Positions 14,736 to 27,384 of a stretch of DNA of 64,000 bases are shown piece after piece. Source of the stretch: Camelus dromedarius. Lineage: Eukaryota. Under the pieces are notes generated by a model. It saw only the letters and a program-made list of their open reading frames with translations, was not told where the DNA came from and made no database searches. Numbering within the stretch: position 1 is the first letter of the stretch; the number at the start of each line of letters is the position of its first letter. A program made the position numbers and the translations under genes. Location of the stretch: positions 63,924,001 through 63,988,000 of the forward strand of contig NC_087437.1 of NCBI RefSeq assembly GCF_036321535.1, given 5' to 3'.

Positions 14736-15413
<678 letters not shown>

Positions 15414-17909
15414 TAATGGCAATGTTTTATTTACAACTATGCCAAATTCATTCAGTAAAAATGAAAAGCCGTATAATGAAATAATTATACATTTTAAATA
15501 CTAATTGTGTAAACATGGTGCAGGTCATTCCATTTGTGAATTTATGAAAATATTGGACATATATTTGACAAAATTGTTAGCAAACCAAAATAAAGTGAAA
15601 TGTTTAAAAAAAAAACTAAACATGAACATAATCATGTAAAATTGACAAATAATTATATTTCAACTTTTTAAAAAAAGTAGTCTTAAAAACCAAAATGGGT
15701 GGGTGGGGTTATTGCTGAGCTGTAAGTGGCTTCTGTGTGCATGCGAGCAAAATCCCCTAGGTGCTGTGAAAACTTTTCTGACACAAACTGGGAAAAGAAA
15801 TGGTGAGGATGTGCAGCTAAGACGAGTCCAGGTATCTTCCCTGGGTTCCTTCTTTGTCAAAGGCCTTGGCTCTTGGTGGTGGCTTGGAGGAGCTTTGTAG
15901 ATGCCCTGACATCCTGGGGGCAGGGCTGCTGCAGAAGAGAGGACGGATTCTGGGCAGAGGCCCTCATCGGTTTCAAAAAACAGGCAGAGCCATATTCTAC
16001 TTGTTCAGAAAATCTTAAACCAAAAGACTATATAATTTTTTTCATTCTTTGCATTTTATTTTTTAATTGGAGTACAGTTGATTTACAATATTGTATTAGC
16101 TGCAGGGGGAAAGCATAGTGATTCAATAGTTTTATAAATTATACTCCATTTAAAATTATTATAAAATATTGGCTATATTCCCTGTGCTAAACAGTCTTTT
16201 TTGTATTTAATTTTGTTGTTTTATTACCTCAGCCTTTTATTCTGACAAGTTTGAACTCTACAGAAGAGCTAAAAGAATAGCACAGTGAAAACCCATGTAC
16301 ATCAACACACTTGCCCATTTTGCTCGCTCCCCCTAATGTATACACAAAATGATCTCTGACTCGTGACTCTGAGCATGTTGCTCAGTAAGATTCAAGGTGT
16401 CTCAGCAGCTCATTTTATCCTTAGCATCAATCTTGCCAAGGATGCCCAGGCTTTCAGAGTAAGAGTTACTTTTTCAGCAGAAACTCTGCTTCGTCGAGCA
16501 TTGCTCTCTCCTCCTCTTGAGGACAATGGAGGTAAAGAATGCTTTCTGAAAGAGCTGGTTTTGTTCTTGTCAGAATTTTAATGCATTATTATCCCCTCAG
16601 GGATGTCTTAGGCCACAAATGACTCAGACTTCAAATTTTTTTAAAAAAAGGAACAGTAATTCACCAACAAAGATACTGGTATTTCAGTTCTCAAAATTAG
16701 CACATTAAGCCAAAATACTGGATTCCTAAAAATGAATATTGTGATCATGAATGGCCTCGGGAGACCTTTTGTTCTGGCCTGAGTGTTGGGAGCTGGGCTT
16801 TCCCTGACGAGCTGGCCGCATTGGCCCTTGGGCACACGCCTGTGGACCGGACCGGGTCTTCATTTTGCATTGGCTGCTGGACAGCCAGGCCAGAGCCAGC
16901 TCGGGGGCTGCTTTAACTGATGGGCAGCCTGTGCTTCTGTGTTAACTTCGAGCTTGGTTCCTGTGATGTAGCCATTCTTCTTTTCCTTTCACCCCACCCC
17001 TCCCAGCTCCATTGATTTGTATTTTCTTCCTGGTGTGTATTCATTTCCGTGAGCTGCCCCAGCTCCTTCCTTAGACAGGACTGGGGGCTGAGTGGTGGGT
17101 AGACAAGTAGCTGGGCAGACAGGTGGGAGCCTTGGAAGATCCCTTCCTTCGGACTCGGGGGAGCGTGGCTTTTGGCCAGTGAGGCTGACAGTCCAGCCTG
17201 GGAACAACACATGGGGTAAAAAAGATACATGTGGCTTGATGGGACCAAAAAGGACAGTCATGGAGGGAAGAGTTTTGAGGACTGGTGAGATTTCTGACTT
17301 AGTGAGTGACCCAAGGGGCACTTGTGGGAGCTTCTGCTGTGTCTGTGGTCCTGCCTTTCACACACAAGAAACAGTTAAACAGCGAGGCTTAACAAGGCCC
17401 AGCATGAGAGAGATAGTTTATGTAATAGGAGGGAGCACCCTGGGGCTTGGAGATGGGGCAAAAAATGTCTGGAGCATATTGATTAGGCAGACGTGTCAGG
17501 GAAGGACTTCACCTGGAGGGAAGAAGGGAGGACACTTGAAGTGGAGACCAGCACAGCAGAGGCTCAGTGGCAGGGTTGCTTAGTGTTGTCTTGGAAAGGC
17601 AATCAGATGAGAGGTCACTGGAAACCTTGAAGAGGGCAGCCTTGGTGGTGGGCTTGCAGGAGCTGAGTGTTGCCTGGGCAGCAAGGACGAGGAGCAGTAG
17701 CTATGTGAACAGGTTCCTGTGGTCTTGAGTTACCAAGCATGCAGTAGTAGCAGAGCAGTGGCAGCTGTGGGATTAGGCACAGCCTCAGGCCAGGACCACC
17801 CTGGGTGTCCTCAGACCAAGAATCAGGGAAAACCTGCCGAGTGTCAAGGAGGAATGGTAGCAAGAGCAGGCAGGGCAAGCACTGGTTGGAACCCTGATGA
17901 GCATACTGA

Positions 17910-18101
<192 letters not shown>

Positions 18102-18656
18102 TGATGCTAAGTGGTCTTCTAGCAGCCCCCACAGTTCCCAGTCAGAATTTCTGCAGCCAAATTTGAGGATGATGGGGAAGTTGGCACTGATGTCTTGAAA
18201 GCTTGGGGAACACAATTGTGTTTCAGGCCCTCAGTACCTTGGACAGATCTTCTATCCTGTGCAAAGCCCTCTACTGGCCACAGATGGAACTAGGGGCGTT
18301 GGGGGTAGCCAGCTGCTGATGCCAGGCTAGAAGTGCTAAGGGACAACCCAGCCAGCCAGAGGGGACACAAGATGACCTCAGGGAGCAGGCTCTTGCCACT
18401 TGGGGCCCACAGCACTCGGGGCCTAGTCCTGAGAACCAGCCTCCACTAGCTCCAGCAGGTGTGTGGTGGAGGTGCTGACTGTACCCAGAAAGGGCTCTTG
18501 GGTCACCTTGTGGTGAGGCATTTGTCCGTACTGCTACTCCTGTCACCCTGCTCAGGCCCTTCACCCTGCAGCAGTGTCGTGTCGTTACGGAAGCCTCCTA
18601 TGAGTTCTCCTCTTTGCTCCAAAGCTAAAGCAGAGGCAGGCAGTAATCTGGAGTGA

Positions 18657-19247
<591 letters not shown>

Positions 19248-19850
19248 CAGCCCCGCGGACGCCAGGCCGCCCGGCCTCCGGAGAAACGGCGGAAGCCCCG
19301 CTGCAGCCACGAGGCCGCCCTGAGATTTTCCACTTTGACTCCAGAAGCAGCTTCTGCCTTTGCGGCCGGGCGGTTGGGCGGGCGGCCTCCGTCCCAGGCC
19401 CCGGCGTGCCAGCGTCCTGCGAGCACCGAGCTGACCAAAGATGCCTCCCCGGTAGAAGACGCCGCCGGACTCGGTGGGAATCTCGAGTTTTCTTATGGGT
19501 GCTGCCGCCGCGCGGGCGCAGAAGAGCTGCTGGGGGGCTCGCGGGTGTGCGGCAGCCCGGCTCGGGCAGGGCTGCGGGGAGGCGGCGCGACTCGGGCCCA
19601 GGGGGCCCGGGGGGACCCGGGGTCCGCTTTTCTGTGTGAGCCTTTAAACCTCAGAGGCCGCGCCCCTGCTCCACCGTGGAGGGGGCTTTCGGCGGGAGCG
19701 CCGCCTTTGGAGGGACCGCGGCCTTCATCGGCGTCTCCTCCCACACCCGCACACACGGACCGTGTCCCTGCAGGGGGCAGAACTCACTGCGAGGGGGAGG
19801 CCAGAGGGCTCGAAGCAAGGAGTGGTGGTTCTGGGAAAAAGAAAATATTT

Positions 19851-19860
19851 ATTAAATAAA
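19851..19860 (+). terminator. Proximal polyadenylation signal of ADCY5 (overlapping ATTAAA/AATAAA)
   Basis: attaaataaa followed by ttctgtg and ttgtgtgcgt GU-rich elements. Confidence 0.6.
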
Positions 19861-20288
19861 ACAAAACCCGTTTCTGTGCCCTTCTTCAGACTATGCCAGT
19901 TGTGTGCGTGTAAGACCCACAAGCAAATGAGGGCGCCGCTGGGGAGGGAGGGCGGGGGCCCCAACTTGTCTTTTTGTATTTTTTATTTTGTATTATTGAA
20001 AACCTTGGAGATCTAACAAATATACCAAATTCTATATTTTGTACATTCTCTATATTAGAAAACAGCTGTGCACAGCAGGGCGTTTGTGCTCATTTGTACT
20101 GTACGTATGTCGATGTATGTACTGGTGTGTGCGCGCGTGTGTGTTTATGCTGTGGAACTGGTCTCATTCAGGACGCCTGTTCCCCTCACTTCAGATTCTC
20201 CCAGGTCCTGCCAGAGCAGCAAGCATGTCCTATTGGGGTACCATACATTCAGGTTAGGTAGGAAGATGCATGCACACATTACCCCACC

Positions 20289-20310
20289 TCTCTGTCTCTC
20301 TCTATCTCTG

Positions 20311-20353
<43 letters not shown>
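20289..20353. repeat. Compound microsatellite (TC)n(AC)n in the ADCY5 3' UTR
   Basis: Directly visible tctctc...acacac run. Confidence 0.95.
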
Positions 20354-20354
<1 letters not shown>

Positions 20355-21549
20355 TCACTCATCACTTCCCCTAAGTAAAATGCAGACAGAATGAAAAGAA
20401 AACAAAAAACTTCTTTCCCATCTCAGACGAAGCTGGAACCAAGGGAAGAAGCCTCAACCTGCAGGACAGCTCGGCCACTGCCCACCCTTCTGCTCCCTGA
20501 GATGTCAGCCATTTGCTGCCTGCAGAGAGGCAGCTCCTGCTACTCTGAGAGCTCAGGGATGGCGCTGGGTGCTCAGCTGGTGTGGGGATTTGAGGAAACC
20601 GCGCCTGCCTGGCTTTCTCTGTTGGCTGAGGTGCAGGTGGCTCTCTCTTGAGATGGTCCCTCAGACTTGGGGATGTAATATACAGCCCTCAGGCTCAGGG
20701 AAGGGCAGTGGCTTTGCACTCCACCTGCAAACTAGGCAGAGGAAAGGGTAGAGGCCAGCTTCAGAGTCCATGGGGCAAAGCTAGCAGAAATTTCATTTTG
20801 TCTTGTTTTTGTTTAGGGGAGGGGGGCAGTTAAATATACCGAGAAACAAATTCTATTTTTTATACCCTGTGAAGGAGGCATTTGAAAATGATACACTATC
20901 ATAGAGACATACTCAAACAGAATCCTTGGGTCCTGTACCCAGGTCTTTTCATTGCTTCTCAGGGCAGAATTATCCTCGCCTCCAATGTGAGCTTGAAGGA
21001 GGTGAGGAGGCAACTATATGCCAGCTGCAAAATGTTACTTTGATGCCCACCTGCACCACCTCTCACTGGACACTAGCACCACCCTCCCCTTTCCACACAC
21101 TGTCTCCCACCCCAATTTGAGCACAGCTCTGAGAAGCAAAGCTTATGGACCTAGAACGGGCAGCCTTAGTCTGTGCGCTTTTGCTGCTCCATCCTCTGAG
21201 TTCTGTATCACCCCTCTCGCATCTGTCGTGAGTGGCTGGCTCTCTCTACGGTGTTGTTCTCAAGCCCCTGAACCCTCCATATGGCCCACCAGTGTTGCTG
21301 GGTTTTTGTTTTGCTTCCAACCAGAGTAACGTGTGCTGAGTTCCTCCTGTGTTCCCTTTGTTGGTCATGGCCTCCCCGGCCTTGTGGGGGCCCATCTTCC
21401 CCATCCCAGCAGTGACCGGTGACAATGTGCAGTGCTAGCTTTTCATTCCCACCAAGGGGTGTGCACTTTTTTTTATCCCTGCTCTTGCAAAAACGGATAC
21501 AATTATGATTTCCCATGGAAATTGAAAAGTCTATTTAAATAATTTAACT

Positions 21550-21555
21550 ATTAAA
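21550..21555 (+). terminator. Distal polyadenylation signal of ADCY5 (ATTAAA)
   Basis: ATTAAA in an AT-rich block, with GT-rich tcgtgtcctggtctgattt downstream. Confidence 0.65.
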
Positions 21556-22039
21556 CACTTTCACTGGTATCGTGTCCTGGTCTGATTTGCATCTTGGGCC
21601 ATGGGCCTGGTTCTGGTCCAAAGAACAGTGTACTCAGCACAGAAGGGGCGCTGCAGAGGGAGACTCAGAGGGCGGAGAGCTCCCCTGAGTGGGGACAGCA
21701 CATTGCTGTGGAGAGAATGTCAGCTGAAGACTATAGTCATTGTGGCAGCAGGCTGGAGAACACTGGTGACCTTGGACCAAGAAGCAGGTGCCAGGGTGCA
21801 GGAGGCTGAGGAATGAAGAGATGGAGAGGGGTCAGGGGTGAAGGGGACAAGGAATTGAGGATGGAACCAGAAAAGATCCAGAGTCAAGGGGAGGATGTTT
21901 TTAAACAGGTGAGCCAAACATCCTTCTCTGCTAAGGGAATGAAAGTTGAAAATACAAGAGGGAACACAGATTGTTGAAAGGACCGAAGTAGGTGGGAGGA
22001 CAGAGATGCAGGCAGGAGGTGAACTGACTTGACCTGGAT

Positions 22040-22225
22040 ACTAGTAACAATGGCTACCATCTATTAGGCACTCTGTGTGCCAGACCCTTCAATGAACATT
22101 ATCTCATTTAATCCTCTTGGCCACCACATTTCACTGAAGAAACAGAGAGGTTGAGTTATTTGCCTAAACCCATACAGCTGGTAATTAGCAGAGATAAGAT
22201 TAAAGCAGGCCTGTCTGCTAAGCCC
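22040..22225 (-). mobile_element. MIR SINE fragment
   Basis: attatctcatttaatcctc...cagagaggttgagttatttgcctaa...cagctggtaa. Confidence 0.7.
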
Positions 22226-22605
22226 ATGCAGGTAAGTAACTTCACACGTGCCCAGGGCTCCTCCCCCCAGGGGAAGGGAAAGATGGTAGGAAGGCAGGGG
22301 GCTCTTTTCAGCAGTTCCCAGCTACTGCACCATCAAGTGCAGGGTTATATTTGGGATCAGGAAATAAAACCGGAGGGGCTTGGTCAAATTAAATTGAAAA
22401 CAAGTGAAAATTAAGGAACCAGTGAAAGAGACTTCACTGAGGTTCACTACAACGATGGCCACGTGGAGACACAGATGTGGTTGTCCTGGTCATAGGCAGG
22501 TACCAGCCCCAAAGAGAATAGACGTTATTAGGAATTCAAATATGTGTGTGAAGGAAGTAATTGCATAGAGCTAAAGTTTAACTCAGAGAACTTTTCAGGC
22601 TGGGG

Positions 22606-23160
22606 TGAGACCATGGGTAATTAGTCAAATCCATTTCACCTGTAACCTGCCTTCACTAATCAAGGTCTTTTTTGTTTATCAAGGCCGTTTTAATCGTTGC
22701 TACAGAAGACTTGCATGTCCTCCAAGCCCCATGTAGCCTAAACTATAAGACATTGGCCCCAGTTGTTCTCCAGAAACTTGAAGTCAGCTGAGTCTAGTTG
22801 GAGTTGAGCTGGTTAAGACTCAGAACCACGGACCCTTCAACTGGGCATGTGTGAGTGGCTTTGGTGCACTTTAGAAAGTGCAGAGGACAGTAGTTTAGTT
22901 ACGCCTGCGCAGAAAAAGGATTTTCACACCTTTTTCCAATCACCTTTCACCACAAACCCTAGTCTTCAGACCGCCCTGCTTCTTAATTCGTTATCCTATA
23001 TAAATACCCTGTGCCCCTGCCTATGGGGAGGTAAATTTGAGCTGTGTCCTCGGGTCTTCTTCCTTGGCTGCCTTGCACATAAGCTTTCTCTTTGCTGCAA
23101 ACCTCAGCGTCTCAGCATCTCAGCTTGTGCCTCAGGGAGGATAAACCTGGTTTGGTAACA
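22606..23160 (+). mobile_element. ERV1-class LTR A (5' LTR of provirus 1)
   Basis: TG...CA termini (tgagaccatggg...tttggtaaca), a TATA-like tataaat, and clear similarity to the LTRs at 33440 and 45983. Followed by a degenerate PBS. Confidence 0.9.
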
Positions 23161-23164
23161 AATT

Positions 23165-23181
23165 TGGTGAGCTGGCAGAAG
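23165..23181 (+). promoter_or_regulatory. Degenerate retroviral primer-binding site, tRNA-Arg(ACG) type
   Basis: tggtgagctggcagaag versus TGGCGAGCCAGCCAGGAG (complement of the tRNA-Arg-ACG 3' end), 4 nt after the LTR. Confidence 0.65.
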
Positions 23182-23697
23182 TTAAGTCCAGACAGAGATT
23201 TCGCCCCTGGTTTGTCGGCCCCTTGGTGGTACTGAGAGCCTGTGGACGAGTTCACGTGGCTGCCTGGTCCGTTTGTTCCACGGATCATCTCTCCGACTTC
23301 CCCAGGGAGGCACCTCTGACCTCCAGGACTTGGTTTAATTTTGCAGTGAAGAAATGGTTTCGGGGTTTGGAAGATGTCTTTTGAGTGAGAAACCTTGTTA
23401 AACACACCTGTGCAATCCTGACCAGCTCGTGGGTTGGAGGCCCACCGGGTGGGGTTTTGGCAGACAACAGGGAAGGTTATACAGCTGCTTTGTAGTCCAT
23501 ACCTGGGTTAAAGGCTTGGGGCTCCAGATTTTCTGTTTTGTTTTGTCTGGTCTTGTTTTTCCGTGTCCATGTTGGGTTGTCTTATTTGTTAAGAATGGAC
23601 TATTAGGGATTGAGCTTCTTGGTGACTGTGGTGAGAACCGGTAGAAAGATTTTGTGCTGTGACCCCCCCTGGAAGCAAAGACCCTTCAAAATCAGAC

Positions 23698-25209
23698 ATG
23701 GTAATTCAGTTCCCTCAAGGCTGCATTGTCCAGCACTGGGGAACTTTGTTATGAATCCATGGAAAAGAAAAAGATGGTATTTTTGTAACACTGCACGGCC
23801 ACAATATCCTTTAGACTCCAGAGCAAAATGGCCTGAAAATGGATCCCTAAATTAGAATAAATTTTGCAACTGGATTGATTTTGTAAAGAGGAAGAACAAT
23901 GGGATGAAATACCTTACGTATACTCTTTTATGTTATTGTATCAGAGTAAACCTGTGCATAGAAAAAGTAAGATACAGCCCAATAGGAAGGGAAGGCAAAG
24001 AAACCTACTTTGCATGCTCCTCATGAAAAGGAGAACGGCTCGCTGTTAATTCAGCCTAACGCTCTGACTGCTGCTCCTCCTCCCTCCCATGATGAGGCTG
24101 TGGCTGCTCCTTCGCTGCCAGTGCCTGAGCCACAGTGTGAGGCTCGCTCCCCCATCCCCGTCTCCAAGGATGGGGAAATAAGAATGGTCTCCCCCTTTCA
24201 TATCCACCAGGGAGCAACTCAAACTCTGGTAGGACAATCCACCCATTAAGGCAAATCCCCTCGGGAGGTGTAAATGCCAAGACTGGGAGCCGATGGGACT
24301 GATGGGTCTACTCTCCATTTTTCAACTTCAGATTTATTTAATTAGAAGAACAATATGGCAACTTAGAGAAATGACTTGCAGAGAATGGAAAGTCTCTTTT
24401 CTATTTCTGCAACCCACAACCCCACCAGAGCAGATGTTAAATATTTATGAAGTACCCTCTGCACATAGAAGAAGGCAGAATGGTGCTAGAAAAAGCTGGG
24501 GAGCAGGCAGATTGCCTTCATACAGAAGCCCCTGGCACTTCAGTGCAGGCTGTTGCAAGCATAGCTATACAAGCAGTGGGTCCTAATTGGGATGTGAATG
24601 TTGGGAGTAGGCCAAAACTTGAACGTTACTGAGACTGCATTCTTGCGGGGAGTTGGACAAAACAAAAAAAGACTTAAAGTCAGGAGGTAAAACAGAAACT
24701 GAATGGGGATCCTTCAGAATTTCTAGAAAGGGTCTTCAGAGGCTGTAGGCAATATGCAGTTATAGAACCTGAGGCCCCAGAGAATTTAAAAGATGGTTAA
24801 CGACTTATTGGTGAGCGCACCCCCGATATACAGAAGAAACTGCAAAAGGTGGAAAGGGATTTAGGAATGCCTATGTCTAAACTTGCTGAAATTGCCTTCA
24901 AAGTTTTTAATGGCAGGGACCAGGTGCAGGAGAAGGGGGAACAATGGAGAGCGAAGCGACAGACCACTATTGGCAGCCGTCTTAACACAGAGAACAGCTG
25001 GACCAAATCAGGGACCCTCACGAGGAACTTAGCAAAAGGTAGGAGCCTCAAGCCTCAAACTTCCACTCCATAATGACACCCACCAGTGTGCATATTACAA
25101 ACAGAAGGGACACTGGAAAAGACTGTCACATCCTAAATGAGACTCTTGAAGGTAAAGAACAAGTGGCACATCAGATGCCCGTGCTGAGAATAACAGTGAC
25201 CAAGAATGA
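23698..25209 (+). pseudogene. gag: Decayed ERV gag (provirus 1)
   Basis: Matrix motifs FCNTARPQYPL..KWPENGSLN and WDEIPYV. Capsid motifs YSPFSTSDLFN-like, DPSEFLER and DIQKKLQK..LAEIAFKVFN. Zinc-knuckle remnant QCAYYKQKGHWK. Ends at gaa TGA cag ggc. Many stops and frameshifts. Confidence 0.9.
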
Positions 25210-25905
25210 CAGGGCCTTTAAGTCCCACATCCATCAATGTCTCCCATATGGAACCCTGGGTGACTGTGATGCTGGGAAATCAACTTTGGGACTTTATATT
25301 GATATCGGGCCACTTACTCAGTTTTAAATATCCAACTTTCTAAACTTCCCTCTGAGAATTTTAGTAACTGGAGTGTCCAGAGAAACCTTGAAAAAGCCTT
25401 TTTTTCCAGTCACTAGACTGTCAGATGGGGGAGATGCACCCAAAGCATGGCTCTCCAGACACGACTAAATGCCCCATCCCCCTCCTGGAATGAGATTTAC
25501 CAAGGTAACTACCTGGATAAATGGACATTAAAGTACCAGAAGGTGATTCCAGAGGTATGGGTGGATGGGAGGCTGGGGAGAGCAAAGATAACTTTGCCTA
25601 TACAGGTTAGGCTTCACTCTGGAGCAAAAATTCTAAACTTAACGCAGTACCCATTGAAGGAATAGGGAAGTGTGGAATTTAACCCCTGCTAATGGCCTTC
25701 CTTGAATAGAATAGAATACACCTCTGCAGGTCACTTTCTAACACTCAGATTTTTCTGGTGAGAATTCTGGCACGGATGAACACTGGTTTGTGCACAACTT
25801 AAGAGAAATTATATTGTAGAAGATACTCATCCAGTGCCTAATCCATACACTCTGCTAACTACTTTGTTAAATTTGAAGGATGCCTTTTTTTGTATACACT
25901 TGAGT
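25210..25905 (+). pseudogene. pol: Decayed ERV protease and RT N-terminus (provirus 1)
   Basis: EPWVTV and IDIG..YSVL-like protease remnant. PEVWVDGRLGRAK..PIQVRL, QYPL, HPVPNPYTLL and LKDAFFCI in RT. Confidence 0.88.
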
Positions 25906-25907
25906 TA

Positions 25908-26945
25908 TTTTTTTAATTGAAGTATAGTTGGTTTACAATGTTGTGTTAGTTTCAAGTGTAAAGCAAAGTGATTTAGTCACACATGTATATCTATTCTTTT
26001 TCATATTCTTTTCCATTATAGGTTATTACAAGATATTGAATATAGTTCCCTATGCTATACAGTATAAACTTGTTGTTTATCTGTTTTATATATAGTAGTG
26101 CATATGTGTTAATCCCAAATTCCTAATTTATCTCTCTCCCCTCTTCCCACTTTGGTAACCATAGTTTGTTTTCTATGTCTGTGAGTCTGTTTCTGATTGG
26201 TAAATAAGTTCATTTGTATTACTTTTTTGAGTTTCCACATATAAGTGATATCATATGATAATTGTCTTTTTCTATCTGACTTACTTCACTTAATATGATA
26301 ATCTCTAGGTCCATGTTGCAGCAAGTGACATTATTTCATTATTTTTTATGGCTGAGTAATATTTCATTGTATGTATATACCACATCTTCTTTATTTATCT
26401 GTCGATGGACATTTAGGTTGTTTCCATGCCTTGACTATTGTAAATAGTACTGCTATGAATGTTAGGGTGAATGTATCTTTTCAAATTCAGGTACTTCTGG
26501 ATATAGGCCCAGGAGTGGGAGTGCTGGATCACATGGTAAGTCTATTTTTAGTTTTTTAAAGGACTTCGATACTGTCCTCCATAGTGGCTGCACCAATTTA
26601 CATACTCACCAACAGTGTAGGAGGGTTCTGTTTTCTCCACACCCTCTCCAGCATTTATTTGTAGATTTTTTAATGATGGCCATTATACTGGTGTGAGGTG
26701 ACAACCTTTGTAGTTTTGATTTGCATTTCTCTAATAATTAGCAAAATTGAGCATCTTTTCATGTGCTTGTTGGTCATCTGGATGTCTTCTTTGGAGAAAT
26801 GTCTATTTAGGTTGTCTGCCCAGTGTTTGATTGGGTTGTATTTTGATATTAAGTTGTGTGAGCTGTTGTATATTTTGGAAATTAATCCCTTGTCATTCAC
26901 ATAGTTTGCAAATATTTTCTCCCAGTTTTTGTAGGTTGTCTTTTC
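25908..26945 (-). mobile_element. 5'-truncated lineage-specific L1, antisense, inside ERV RT
   Basis: T-tail + aattgaagtatagttg 3' end. Minus-strand WEKIFANY...[21 protein letters not shown]. Confidence 0.9.
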
Positions 26946-27384
26946 TTTTTTCTTTTTTTTTGGCATTTCATTATTTATTTAAATAACTTACTGAGGTGAA
27001 ATTCACCTAGAAATTAACCATTTTAAAATGAACAGTTCTGTGGCATTAAGTCATTCACAATGTTGTGCAAACACCACTTCTGTCTAGTTCCAAAACATTT
27101 CCATCACCCAAAATAAAACCTCTTACACATTAAGCACTTTCCCTCTATTGGCACCATCCTCCCAGCCCCTGGAAACCACAATATGCATTCTCTCTCTCTG
27201 GATTTATCTATTCTGGATATTTTTTTAATTTACATATATGCATGGTTCATTTTTTCTAAGAACTAGAACTTAAGCTTTTTTAACTTACATAGGTCATAAG
27301 ATCAACAGAATGTAGTAATTCAATCAAAAAGAATAGTCAAATGTGCTTACACATATTCAAGAAATCAATCATTTAAGTTATAAA

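Larger units (their letters stand above)
19248..21570 (+). other. ADCY5: ADCY5 3' UTR (long form; end approximate)
   Basis: Follows the stop and is free of obvious interspersed repeats. Contains U-rich blocks and ends after ATTAAA at 21550-21555 followed by GT-rich sequence. Confidence 0.7.

Noticed and set aside
23698..25209. Possible domesticated gag gene
   Set aside because: The motifs are spread over different frames with many stops.
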